Part shown: positions 17,332-26,995 of the stretch, piece after piece
How the letters are laid out: each line of letters starts with the position of its first letter
Numbering within the stretch: the stretch's first letter is position 1
Assembly (NCBI GenBank): GCA_030614005.1
Contig: JAUWKS010000006.1
Location: 1 to 32,000, forward strand
Direction of reading: 5' to 3'
Length of the DNA: 32,000 bases
DNA from: Candidatus Heimdallarchaeota archaeon
GTDB taxonomy: Archaea; Asgardarchaeota; Heimdallarchaeia; JABLTI01
Position numbers and translations under genes: made by a program
The notes under the pieces: generated by a model
What the model was told of the DNA's origin: nothing
Seen by the model: only the letters and a program-made list of their open reading frames with translations
Database searches by the model: none

Positions 17332-18069
17332 CTATAATTTTAACAATCCTTTGATTTCTTTTAGCTTTTCATTTTTAACTCTAATCTCATTTTTTAATTT
17401 ACTAATTAATTCATTTTGTTCATTTATTGTTGTATTTAAATGGTCTACTTTTTCGCTTAAGTTCTGCAGTCTAGAAATCTTTTCTTCTAAAATACTACTT
17501 AACTGTTCTAGATTAGAATCTGTAGCATTAGAATTTGCACCTGCATTTTGTTCACCTTTTTCAATAAGAGCAATTCTTGCTTCTAAATCTCTAATCATAT
17601 CGTTCTTCTCCTCAAGTTCTTCTTGCTTTTGAACGATTTTATCTTGAAAACTTCTTCCTAATTGATGTTGAACTTCAATGTTTTCTTTATCTTTCTTTCC
17701 AGTCATGCTTCGTAAACGTCTAAAATCTCTATCTCTGATATGTAGTTCTTGTTCAAGGTTGGTTCGTTCTAAACCAAAAGAATGAAGTTTTTCATCAAGT
17801 ACCCCTAATCGGTTTACCAACGCTTCTGTAGATTTTGGATCAAGCTCTTCTTTGTTGTTTTTTGTTTTGGATAATCCATGATACCACTCATAGAATACAT
17901 CTTGTGCTAGTGGATGAAGATTCGACCAATTTGTTACCAGAATTACCCAGAAATGAGCTCCTGGAATGTCTGGGTCTATTCTTTCTGAAGGGGGTTTTAC
18001 ACTTTTAGGATTTCTTCGTTTATAGTTAGGAAGTGAATCCCACAAAGTGGGATTGTTAGATGAATTCAC
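17332..18069 (-). CDS. Coiled-coil protein with aromatic N-terminal head
   Basis: About 165 aa E/K/Q/L-rich heptad region split by EQNAGANSNATDSN; GTG start; ends 23 nt before the GTPase start. Confidence 0.8.
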   Translation of the reverse strand: MNSSNNPTLWDSLPNYKRRNPKSVKPPSERIDPDIPGAHFWVILVTNWSNLHPLAQDVFYEWYHGLSKTKNNKEELDPKSTEALVNRLGVLDEKLHSFGLERTNLEQELHIRDRDFRRLRSMTGKKDKENIEVQHQLGRSFQDKIVQKQEELEEKNDMIRDLEARIALIEKGEQNAGANSNATDSNLEQLSSILEEKISRLQNLSEKVDHLNTTINEQNELISKLKNEIRVKNEKLKEIKGLLKL

Positions 18070-18156
18070 GGTATACTCACTCTTTTTTTCGATATAATTA
18101 GTATTAAGAAGGGATGCTCTTTAAATATTGTTTTGTGTGTAATTCTGAGCACAATT

Positions 18157-18924
18157 TTAATTTAAAATATTAAAAGTTTTTTTTGCATTGTCAAGAGTAA
18201 CCTTTGCTACTTCTTCTTCATCAATTTCTTTTAATTTTGCGATTTCTTTCACCGCGTAGATAACGTATCCCGGTTCATTTCTTTTAAGTTCTGGGAACGG
18301 TGATAAATAAGGTGAATCTGTTTCAGTTAGTATATGTTCTAATGGTACACTCTTAGCTAGTTTGCGATATTTTTTTCTATTAGTAACCGCTGTTGGAATA
18401 GAAATAAAGTATCCTCTATCAATACACTCTTGTGCTGTTTCAACTGTCCCTGAAAAACTATGCATAATAACAGGTACTTCCGCTGTTTTAAGATCCTCAA
18501 CAGCTTTAGCTTCTGCATCTCTACTGTGGATTACTAAAGGTAACTGTATTTCATTTGCAAGGTCAATAAACCTTTGAAAGGTTTTGCTCTGTTTCTCTCG
18601 GAGATCTTGGTCTTTAACCCAATAATAATCTAATCCTACCTCTCCTATAGCAACAATTTCCTTCTTTTCGCTGTAATACTTCATCTGTTCAATTATTTGG
18701 TTGATGTTTAATTCATGATATTGCGCTGGAGGTACTCCTAGAGTAACAAAAATATTTGGAAATTGTCTGTGATATTTAATGGACTGGAGGTAATTTTCCA
18801 CATCAACAGGTGAATCAATGAAGGCAATAACTCCTTTTTCATCTGCATATTTCAAAATATTGCTTAGTTTTGCACCACGTTTTATTATGTGGTGTATGTG
18901 GCAGTGAATATCTATTGCTTTCAT
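18157..18924 (-). CDS. tatD: TatD-family nuclease
   Basis: DIHCH, AIGEVGLDYYW, IHSRDA, MHSFSG, ETDSPYL. Confidence 0.95.
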   Translation of the reverse strand: MKAIDIHCHIHHIIKRGAKLSNILKYADEKGVIAFIDSPVDVENYLQSIKYHRQFPNIFVTLGVPPAQYHELNINQIIEQMKYYSEKKEIVAIGEVGLDYYWVKDQDLREKQSKTFQRFIDLANEIQLPLVIHSRDAEAKAVEDLKTAEVPVIMHSFSGTVETAQECIDRGYFISIPTAVTNRKKYRKLAKSVPLEHILTETDSPYLSPFPELKRNEPGYVIYAVKEIAKLKEIDEEEVAKVTLDNAKKTFNILN

Positions 18925-19940
18925 ACTGAACTCTTCTCGTAATCATTATTTAATCCTAACTTTGTTTTGTCAACTAAAAGCATTAAATGACCAAACCATG
19001 TACGCTGAAAACCCAATTTTTCATAAAGTTTGATAGCAGGAGCATTATTCTCATCTACTCCTAAAACAACTTCGCTAATTCTTTGCTTCTTCATCTTTGA
19101 AATATATTGATTTATCATATGCCAAGCTATTCGTTTACCACGATATTCAGGTAAAACACCGATTTCTAAAATCATTCCTTTGTTTTTTGTTGTTGCGGTT
19201 AATAATCCTGCACATAAATTATCTTTATATTTAGCAATTAAGCAGTTTACTTCAAACCCTAATGATTCAAAAATTTCTTTTGTACGATTCAGAAAGGATT
19301 CTGTAACTGCAGGATCTCCAAGGTTTTCAATTTCGTGAAGTAAATCTTTTGAATTGCTATATGCTTGACTAATAATATTGATCATTTCAGTACTAATTTC
19401 ATTTGAAGAAAATATTTCTATGTCATTTCTAACCTCATTTTTCTCTGCAGAAAAAAGAGATGTAGAACAATTCATTTCCAATCGATATGATTTACTTTCA
19501 AAACCTATTTTTTCAAAAAATGAACGATAGCTATTGATTTCTTTTTTATTAAGAGCCCAGGATTCTGCCCAGATTTCCTTAATACCATTTTCATAAGCAA
19601 TTATAATTCCCTTTTTCACTAACTCTTTTCCTATTCCTTTTCTCTGATATCTTGGATGAAGTAGAGGGAAATGACTTATGATTTTGTTTGCTCCTGAAAT
19701 GAAGTAACTATCAAAACGTATTATACCTGCAGGGAAACCATCAACATAGGCGATAAGAAGCTGTTCATCTAAAGTTTTTGTTTTCAAATCTTCCAAAAAA
19801 GACATTTTTACATCATATTCAGTGATATTTAGTCTGTTGAGATATTTCTTCATCCATCTACAACTTTTCATTCCTTTAAGGAAAATTTCTGTCCAATCAT
19901 CTGCGTGATCTTCAGTAGCAGAGAAAATTTGTACATTCAT
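18921..19940 (-). CDS. Tandem GNAT acetyltransferase
   Basis: Two acetyl-CoA motifs (YQRKGIG; YRGKRIA) and VDENNAPAIKLYEKLGF; ATGA overlap with tatD. Confidence 0.88.
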   Translation of the reverse strand: MNVQIFSATEDHADDWTEIFLKGMKSCRWMKKYLNRLNITEYDVKMSFLEDLKTKTLDEQLLIAYVDGFPAGIIRFDSYFISGANKIISHFPLLHPRYQRKGIGKELVKKGIIIAYENGIKEIWAESWALNKKEINSYRSFFEKIGFESKSYRLEMNCSTSLFSAEKNEVRNDIEIFSSNEISTEMINIISQAYSNSKDLLHEIENLGDPAVTESFLNRTKEIFESLGFEVNCLIAKYKDNLCAGLLTATTKNKGMILEIGVLPEYRGKRIAWHMINQYISKMKKQRISEVVLGVDENNAPAIKLYEKLGFQRTWFGHLMLLVDKTKLGLNNDYEKSSV

Positions 19941-20127
19941 TTATTTTCAGCCTAAATGGTTCTTTCCGAAACTTTGCTTAATTTATTTAATGTTCTTTTT
20001 AATAAAACTTCTTGAATTATCCCCAAAATTTAGGTGATTAGTAGCTAACCAACCACTCATTTTTTAAAGAGATTATATTCAAAGATTGTGAGATAGTTAA
20101 ATTTCATTCCTAAAAATGAGGTAAGCT

Positions 20128-21270
20128 ATGATGATCAAATTTGTTGATCCACAAGTTGGAGAAGAAGAAAAAAAAGCAGTTAATGCTGTTATTGATTCTA
20201 AATATCTGGCAGAAGGACCTGTTGCCAGAGAGTTTGAGAAAATGTACTTAGATTATACTGGAGCAAAATATGCTATTGTTACATCAAATGGCACAACCGC
20301 TCTTCATCTTGCTATAGAAGCATCTGGAATAAAACCGGGAGACGAAGTAATAACCACTCCTTTTACTTTCATTGCATCGAGTAATAGTATTCTATTCAAT
20401 GGAGCAATACCTATTTTTGCGGATATTGACCCAGAGACATATAATTTAGATCCCGAAAAGGTCAAAGAAAAAATAACAAAGAAAACAAAGGCCATTATGC
20501 CTGTACATATCTTCGGAAATCCATGTGATATGAAAGCATTAAAGGAAATTGCTGATGAACATAATCTAATTCTACTTGAAGATGCTTGCCAAGCACATGG
20601 CGCTAAAGTTGATGGAAAACATGCCGGAACTTTAGGAGATGTAGGTTGCTTCTCATTTTATGCATCTAAGAATTTGACATTTGGTGAAGGTGGTTTAATT
20701 CTAACAGATAATGAAGAATTAAAAGACAATATAATGTGTCTGCGAAATCATGGAAGAACACCAAAAGGTGGATATCATCACATTCGTATTGGTTACAATT
20801 ATCGTTCAAATAACCTTGTAGCAGCAGTTGGTGTTGAACAATTAAAGAAACTGCCAAAAATGCTAGAAGTACGAAAAAGAAATGCTGAAATTTTACAAAA
20901 AGAACTAGCTGATGTAGATGGATTTGCTTTGCAGAAGGTCCAAAAAGGGCATGAACATGCTTGGTATATCGCTGCTGGAAGAACGGATAGAGATGATTTA
21001 CCTGCAACTAAAATTGTTGAAGAATTAAAAGCGAAGGATATTGGTTCAAGACAAATTTATTCTATACCATCTTACAAACAACCTGCATACACAGAAATAA
21101 ATGAGTACTATTATTGGGCAAAATATGTTAAATTCCCAGATTATAGTAAAGTCCATTGTCCAATTACCGAACGAATTGGTAGAGATCATTTCCAAATACC
21201 AATTAACCCAGGTGTAACTGTAGAAAACATGTATCATATTGTGGATACAATACGAAAAATCTTTGGTTAA
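20128..21270 (+). CDS. DegT/DnrJ/EryC1/StrS PLP-dependent aminotransferase
   Basis: SNGTTALH, PFTFIAS, PVHIFG, EDACQAHGA, FSFYASKN (PLP Lys), GEGG, GYNYR. Confidence 0.95.
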   Translation: MMIKFVDPQVGEEEKKAVNAVIDSKYLAEGPVAREFEKMYLDYTGAKYAIVTSNGTTALHLAIEASGIKPGDEVITTPFTFIASSNSILFNGAIPIFADIDPETYNLDPEKVKEKITKKTKAIMPVHIFGNPCDMKALKEIADEHNLILLEDACQAHGAKVDGKHAGTLGDVGCFSFYASKNLTFGEGGLILTDNEELKDNIMCLRNHGRTPKGGYHHIRIGYNYRSNNLVAAVGVEQLKKLPKMLEVRKRNAEILQKELADVDGFALQKVQKGHEHAWYIAAGRTDRDDLPATKIVEELKAKDIGSRQIYSIPSYKQPAYTEINEYYYWAKYVKFPDYSKVHCPITERIGRDHFQIPINPGVTVENMYHIVDTIRKIFG

Positions 21271-21326
21271 TAAATGACGAGTAAAGAGTTAGTTAGTTTG
21301 TTTGCTATTATTTGTATAGCAACAAT

Positions 21327-21704
21327 CTACTTTTCATTTTTCTTCTTTTGATAATCTTCAATTGCCTTATGTAATGCATCAACAGCTAAATTGCTACAGT
21401 GCATCTTGTGTGATGGTAATCCTTGTAGTTCGTTAGCAACATCATCACGAGTCATTGCTAAACCTTCTACCAATGTTTTTCCTTTTGCCATAACTGTTGT
21501 CATACTGCTAGTAGCTATTGCAGAGGCACAACCAAAGGTTCTGAATTTAATATCTTCAATTTTATCGTCCTTGACTTTAATAGTGATTTCCATAGTGTCT
21601 CCACAAACAGGATTACCTACGATGCCTCTTCCATCAGCATCTTCGATTAGTCCTACATTCTGTGGTTTGGAAAAATGTTCCATAACTTTTTTACTGTATA
21701 ACAT
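21327..21704 (-). CDS. iscU: IscU/NifU-N Fe-S scaffold protein
   Basis: HFSKPQNVG, GNPVCGD, TFGCASAIA, LPSHKMHCS (3 Cys + Asp + His). Confidence 0.96.
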   Translation of the reverse strand: MLYSKKVMEHFSKPQNVGLIEDADGRGIVGNPVCGDTMEITIKVKDDKIEDIKFRTFGCASAIATSSMTTVMAKGKTLVEGLAMTRDDVANELQGLPSHKMHCSNLAVDALHKAIEDYQKKKNEK

Positions 21705-21784
21705 TCTTTTTACCTGCTATGTCTTTTCTGTTTTCGAGTTTTGATTTATTAATTCTCTTCTTAAAGATCTCAATAGTATGTCTC

Positions 21785-23002
21785 TTAATGATCATCATGA
21801 CCTTCATCTTTTAGGCTCATAACAAATTCCTCAGTGTCCTTCCGATAGGCGGACATTTCTCTTAAATCTTTCACTACTTCTGGGACTACTTTTAACGTAT
21901 AATCAATATCATCATCTGTGGTCCATCTGCCAAGAGTTAAACGTAATGAACCATGTGCAATTTCTGGTCTCAGACCAATTGCTAATAATACATGAGATGC
22001 ACTTAGTTTCTTTGTTGAACATGCAGAACCAGTTGATGCGTAAATTCCTTGAGCATCTAACCGTAATATCATTGCTTCTCCCTCAACGTATTTGAAGGAA
22101 ATATTGGCATTATGAGGTAAGCGTTTTGTTCTGTGTCCATTGAGTCTAGTATCTTTAACTTTCAGAAATTGGTCAATGAGTTTATCTCTCATTTTGGTTA
22201 ACTTCGCTTGCTCTTGTGGTAAATGTTTTTCAGCTAATTCTGCTGCTTTGCCCAAACCAACAATTCCTGATATATTTTCAGTCCCTGATCTGAAACCTTT
22301 TTCGTGGCCACCACCATGCATTAAAGGTTCTAAACGTGTTCCTTGTTTTTTGTATAGGACTCCTACACCTTTTGGTCCATACAATTTATGTGAACTTATG
22401 GAGAGTAAATCAACACCTAATTCCTCTACATCAACAGGTATCTTTCCAACAGTTTGGACTGCATCTGTATGAAAGACTGCACCAGCATCATGAGTGATTT
22501 CAGCCATTTCTTTTATTGGTTCAATAGTACCAATTTCATTATTGGCGTGCATTATTGAAACTAAAGCTGTTTCTTTTGTAATAGCGTTTTTCAAATCTTC
22601 TAAAGAAACTAAACCGAACTCATCAACTGGTAAATATGTAACTTTTATGCCTGATTTTTCAAGGTATTTGCTTGTATTAAGAATTGCAGGATGTTCAATT
22701 TCAGAAGTAATCAAATGCTTCTTTTCGTTTTTTCTATTTAACACTATACCTTTGAGTGCAGTATTATCCCCTTCGGTACCGCCTGAATTAAATATAATCT
22801 CATTGGTTGATTTTGCACCAATCAAACTTGCAACTCGTTCTCTTGCAAGAATCAAGGCAACATTTGCATTTTGACCCAAAGAATACATTTGTGAAGCATT
22901 TCCATATTCCTCTGAAAAAAACCTCATCATTTCTTCTTTAACTTCTGGGTCAACCGGTGTTGTTGCACTATTATCCATATAGACTCTTCTTACTTCTGAC
23001 AC
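21785..23002 (-). CDS. iscS: Group I cysteine desulfurase (IscS/NifS)
   Basis: YMDNSATT, HTDAVQ, SSHKLYGPKGVG, RSGTEN, STGSACS; GTG start. Confidence 0.96.
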   Translation of the reverse strand: MSEVRRVYMDNSATTPVDPEVKEEMMRFFSEEYGNASQMYSLGQNANVALILARERVASLIGAKSTNEIIFNSGGTEGDNTALKGIVLNRKNEKKHLITSEIEHPAILNTSKYLEKSGIKVTYLPVDEFGLVSLEDLKNAITKETALVSIMHANNEIGTIEPIKEMAEITHDAGAVFHTDAVQTVGKIPVDVEELGVDLLSISSHKLYGPKGVGVLYKKQGTRLEPLMHGGGHEKGFRSGTENISGIVGLGKAAELAEKHLPQEQAKLTKMRDKLIDQFLKVKDTRLNGHRTKRLPHNANISFKYVEGEAMILRLDAQGIYASTGSACSTKKLSASHVLLAIGLRPEIAHGSLRLTLGRWTTDDDIDYTLKVVPEVVKDLREMSAYRKDTEEFVMSLKDEGHDDH

Positions 23003-23170
23003 ATTACCACTCAGCGTTTTGTTTTATATATTCGAAGTTCTTTACTAAATATGAAAAGATGTTGATTCAATTTCTTAAGTTTTTGAACCCTCTCACTTTC
23101 CAAACGAAAGGTTTCTATTTGCTTGTCAAAAACAGAAAGGTATTTCATTAAAAATATTTTCAGCTCTTTT

Positions 23171-23211
23171 AAGAAATATTTAAACATCTCTTAGATAAGA
23201 TAAACATCTAG
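23171..23211 (+). promoter_or_regulatory. Probable BRE/TATA promoter of the HMG-CoA reductase gene with overlapping direct repeats
   Basis: AAGAAA-TA-TTTAAA (TATA-like 23179-23184); TAAACATCT at 23181 and 23201. Confidence 0.4.
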
Positions 23212-23229
23212 AAGGAATGGTAGTAGAAA

Positions 23230-24528
23230 ATGACTAAATTAACAGATAAAATGATTCAGAAATTGAAACTATTTTCAGGTTTCTATAAATTATCTAGTAT
23301 AGAAAGATTGCAGAAAATACAGAAAATAATACCCGAACTTGATGACAATGATATTTCTCTGTTATTGAAAACGGGTTCATTAGAACTAGATACTATTAAT
23401 AGAATGGTTGAAAATGCTGTTGGATCGATTTCCATTCCTTTCGGTCTTGGAGTTAATTTTGTAATAAATAATAAAATATACGCTGTTCCTATGGCTGTTG
23501 AAGAACCTTCGGTAATTGCTGCTGCAAGTAGCGCTGCAAAGCTTACTCTAGAAACAGGTGGTTTTATTGCTTCAGCTACTGAACAAATAATGATGAGTCA
23601 AATTCAGTTATTAGAAATCAAAAATCCAGAATCCGTTATATCCCTTATTTCTTCAAATAAAGAACAAATAATCGACATTGCAAATTCTAATCATCCCTCT
23701 CTTGTGCGCCACGGTGGTGGTGTAAGAGATGTTAAAGCTAAAGTACTCGATACTAGAGTTGGAAAAATGGTTATTTGTGAACTTTTTGTTGATTGTTGTG
23801 ATGCTATGGGTGCGAATGCTGTAAGTGCAATGGCAGAAGAAGTTGCACCATTTTTAGAAGATCTAACTGGCGGAAGAGCTTTATTACGAATACTTTCAAA
23901 TTTATCAGATCTCAGATTAGCTCGCGCATCATGTCTAATTCCAAAGGAAAAATTGGGTGGAGAAGCAACAGTAGATAATATTGTTGCTGCCTGTGCTTTC
24001 GCAGAAGCAGATCCATATAGAGCTGCTACTCATAATAAAGGGATAATGAATGGCATCTCCTCTGTTATCTTAGCAACAGCAAATGATACTCGTGCAATTG
24101 AAGCCGGTGCTCATGCATATGCAAGTTTAACGGGTCAATATAGTTCTCTAACAAAATGGATTAAAAATGAAAACGGCGACCTTGAAGGTTCAATAGAAGT
24201 ACCCTTAGCTGTTGGAATTGTAGGAGGTGCCACTAAAACTAATCCAATTGCTCAGATAGCACTAAAAATTTTGACGATAAAAAGTGCAAAGGAATTAGCG
24301 CAAGTTGCAGCAACAGTAGGGCTTGCACAAAACTTAGGTGCATTACGTGCATTATCTACATCAGGTATAATTAAAGGACATATGCGTTTACATTCGAAAA
24401 ATGTTGCTATTTCTGCTGGTGCGAAAGGGACGTTAATTGAAATAGTTGCTCAAAAAATGATAGAAGAAGAAAATGTCAAATTCTCTCGAGCAAGAGAACT
24501 ACTAGATGCATTGACTCGTGAGAAATAA
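23230..24528 (+). CDS. mvaA: Class II (bacterial-type) HMG-CoA reductase
   Basis: ENAVG, PMAVEEPSVIAA, DAMGAN, DPYRAATHNKGIMNG, NDTRAIEAG, GHMRLH. Confidence 0.95.
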   Translation: MTKLTDKMIQKLKLFSGFYKLSSIERLQKIQKIIPELDDNDISLLLKTGSLELDTINRMVENAVGSISIPFGLGVNFVINNKIYAVPMAVEEPSVIAAASSAAKLTLETGGFIASATEQIMMSQIQLLEIKNPESVISLISSNKEQIIDIANSNHPSLVRHGGGVRDVKAKVLDTRVGKMVICELFVDCCDAMGANAVSAMAEEVAPFLEDLTGGRALLRILSNLSDLRLARASCLIPKEKLGGEATVDNIVAACAFAEADPYRAATHNKGIMNGISSVILATANDTRAIEAGAHAYASLTGQYSSLTKWIKNENGDLEGSIEVPLAVGIVGGATKTNPIAQIALKILTIKSAKELAQVAATVGLAQNLGALRALSTSGIIKGHMRLHSKNVAISAGAKGTLIEIVAQKMIEEENVKFSRARELLDALTREK

Positions 24529-24665
24529 TTCCTAGAAAATAATTACAAAAAAGTGCTGGTTAACTGGTAGGTTTCCGACTTTAGTTTTTTTAAATAAGGA
24601 ATAGCTTAAGTTATGTATAGCTTAGGTAAGATACATTAACACTAAGCGTTTGGTGTGAAAAACAA

Positions 24666-26840
24666 ATGAAAAAATGGAGTAGAATATTTTTAACATTTAG
24701 TATGATGGTTCTAGTTTGTATATCATTAGCTCCTTCTTCTGTTTTCAGTTGGAAACAAGAAACAAGTGCTTCTTCAAGCAGACCATACTTTACTACTCAT
24801 CAATGGTTAGCTAATGAATCACTTAACCTTTCACCATCAAGTTCCAGAGTACAGTGGATTACAAATAATCTCTTGGCTTTCTGGCATGGTGTGGAAGCTC
24901 CTTATAATTCTGCAGTTGCAGCGGCATATGCTGTTACAGCTGAAGATTATGGTGATATAGGTGATTTAGTTCTCTATCTTGATGCTCCCGGTACTTCAGT
25001 AACAAACAGTTCACTTGCTGATAGAGCACAAGATGAATATGATAGTCTCGTAGCCGAACTTGCAAAAGATGAAATGGATGAATCATTAGCTGCATTTTAT
25101 GCCGGTGCTATGACTCATTACGTTTCTCAAGCAGGTGTTTGGGGTGCAATTTGGGATGAATCCTTATGGGGTACTTTACCCGCTGCTAAGTGGACTTCTT
25201 TTGAGAACCAAATAGAAGCAAGTTTAGATGCAAATTATTTTGATGACGATCAAGACGAGTGGATTAATACTCTCTTTACTCTCGTTCCAACAATAATAAC
25301 TCCAGTAGATGCATATGATGCAACTGTTGATTTAGCTATGAATATCCACCCTGTAGCTCAAAGCTTAGGTGACGATTTCGAAAATGATTGGACAGAAGTA
25401 GCCAATTGGACAACAGTTTACAAAGATGATGTCACTGATTGTTTAACAGATTCTGTTGAAGCAATTTATGCTGCTTTAGATTATGCAATGATTTCTGTTA
25501 ATTGGAATGCAATCACTACGGACGACCCTGTATATACTTATGATAACCTAACTGGTTTTCTGGAAATACCTGATTTTTCAGTTACTTTTACAAATAATAC
25601 TGGGACTTATAATTTAGCAGCAGCAGATGCTGAACTAGCAGAATTCAGAGTTATTATTTATCCAGAAAATGCTTGGGAAGATCCAATCCTATCTTCAGAA
25701 CATGAGGATTTGCAATTTAATGTTGGAACACAAAAATGGTATCATGATGAACATTTGGTGAAAGGAACATCCGCTCAATCCGATCATACAATTCTGTACA
25801 CATTTAAGATGAATCAATCGTCTTTAACATGGAGTAATGCTTCAATTGATTTCTCAGTTGACTTCTTTAAAATTAATTTGACTAGCATAATTACTTTTTA
25901 CGATCCAGCTGACAGAACAGTAGACATAACACATGTAATTATGGACATCTATGAGATACCTGAAGTTAGAGAATTAGATCCAACTGAGGTTCTAAGCGCT
26001 AAGTGGACTCTCTACACAAAAGGTGAAGGTGCACAAGTTAGTGAAGCTATTGGTCTTCCTGCTTATGACACAGAAGGAACCCAACCACATGGAAATCTAA
26101 CGTATGATGCTGTCAATCAAAGCTGGTATGCAGTTGATATTGATATTGGATTGGTATTTACTGCAATTAGGCAACAGTATTATGTTGTCGTTCAATTTGA
26201 AGTGATAGGCATCCCTGTAGGTTATTATAAGAATAGTTCTTATGGACAAGCAGAATTTATTGCCGCATGTATTGGTCAAGATAATGAATACTGGTTTGCA
26301 ACCCGGGATCACCAAATAACAATTTCTGTGCCAGAAATTATCTTTGATGTAGTGGATTTCACGGTTAGTGTTTACAATATCACAGCCTTTTCTGATTATA
26401 AGAACACGTTACTTGATTACTATGAATTAGAACAAAAACCAATATATGAATTTGCTGAAGATGTTAGAGCACATGATTGTAAAGTATTCTTATATGATGG
26501 TATTAAATCAAGTATAACTGAAGAGCTTCTATGGGATTTCGCTGAAGAATATTGGTTTGTAGAGGATATTGACGTCTCTGCCTTACCAGACAATGACTAT
26601 TACATATCTGCTAGAATAGTTAACATGAATATTAACGTAACTACCCCCCAATGGGGTCCAGCATCGATTATTTTCACTATTAATCGACCAATGCCTGTTA
26701 TCTTTTGGATCCTACCTGAATTCTTTGTTGCAGGATTCGTAGTATTATTTGGTTGGTTAGCCTGGTGGCGACCAAGACAAAAGAGACTACAAATAGAAAA
26801 AGAACGTGAAGCAAAAATCGACAAAGGTTTCATGGATTAG
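24666..26840 (+). CDS. Large acidic surface protein: signal peptide, degenerate Zn-PLC/P1-nuclease-like domain, beta-rich domains, C-terminal TM anchor
   Basis: VFS/W cleavage site; THQWLANESLNL and AAFYAGAMTHY match the PLC fold; terminal TM followed by RPRQKR. Confidence 0.8.
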   Translation: MKKWSRIFLTFSMMVLVCISLAPSSVFSWKQETSASSSRPYFTTHQWLANESLNLSPSSSRVQWITNNLLAFWHGVEAPYNSAVAAAYAVTAEDYGDIGDLVLYLDAPGTSVTNSSLADRAQDEYDSLVAELAKDEMDESLAAFYAGAMTHYVSQAGVWGAIWDESLWGTLPAAKWTSFENQIEASLDANYFDDDQDEWINTLFTLVPTIITPVDAYDATVDLAMNIHPVAQSLGDDFENDWTEVANWTTVYKDDVTDCLTDSVEAIYAALDYAMISVNWNAITTDDPVYTYDNLTGFLEIPDFSVTFTNNTGTYNLAAADAELAEFRVIIYPENAWEDPILSSEHEDLQFNVGTQKWYHDEHLVKGTSAQSDHTILYTFKMNQSSLTWSNASIDFSVDFFKINLTSIITFYDPADRTVDITHVIMDIYEIPEVRELDPTEVLSAKWTLYTKGEGAQVSEAIGLPAYDTEGTQPHGNLTYDAVNQSWYAVDIDIGLVFTAIRQQYYVVVQFEVIGIPVGYYKNSSYGQAEFIAACIGQDNEYWFATRDHQITISVPEIIFDVVDFTVSVYNITAFSDYKNTLLDYYELEQKPIYEFAEDVRAHDCKVFLYDGIKSSITEELLWDFAEEYWFVEDIDVSALPDNDYYISARIVNMNINVTTPQWGPASIIFTINRPMPVIFWILPEFFVAGFVVLFGWLAWWRPRQKRLQIEKEREAKIDKGFMD

Positions 26841-26995
26841 AAGCCTTTTCTTTTTCCTTTTTTTTCATTCATTTTATAACGATTAAATTTTTCTCTTTAT
26901 TATAAAGATACTAGAACTAATACAAAGGATTATTTTACTAAACGTATTTTATAACATTAATTGTAATGTTTAGAGGAAAAAAATAAGGTGATACT

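Noticed and set aside
1435-26833. The many 60-126 aa ORFs antisense to mat, leuC, tldD, pmbA, tatD, DegT, iscU, iscS and the surface genes
   Set aside because: Each overlaps a well-supported gene on the other strand, with no recognisable motif or SD
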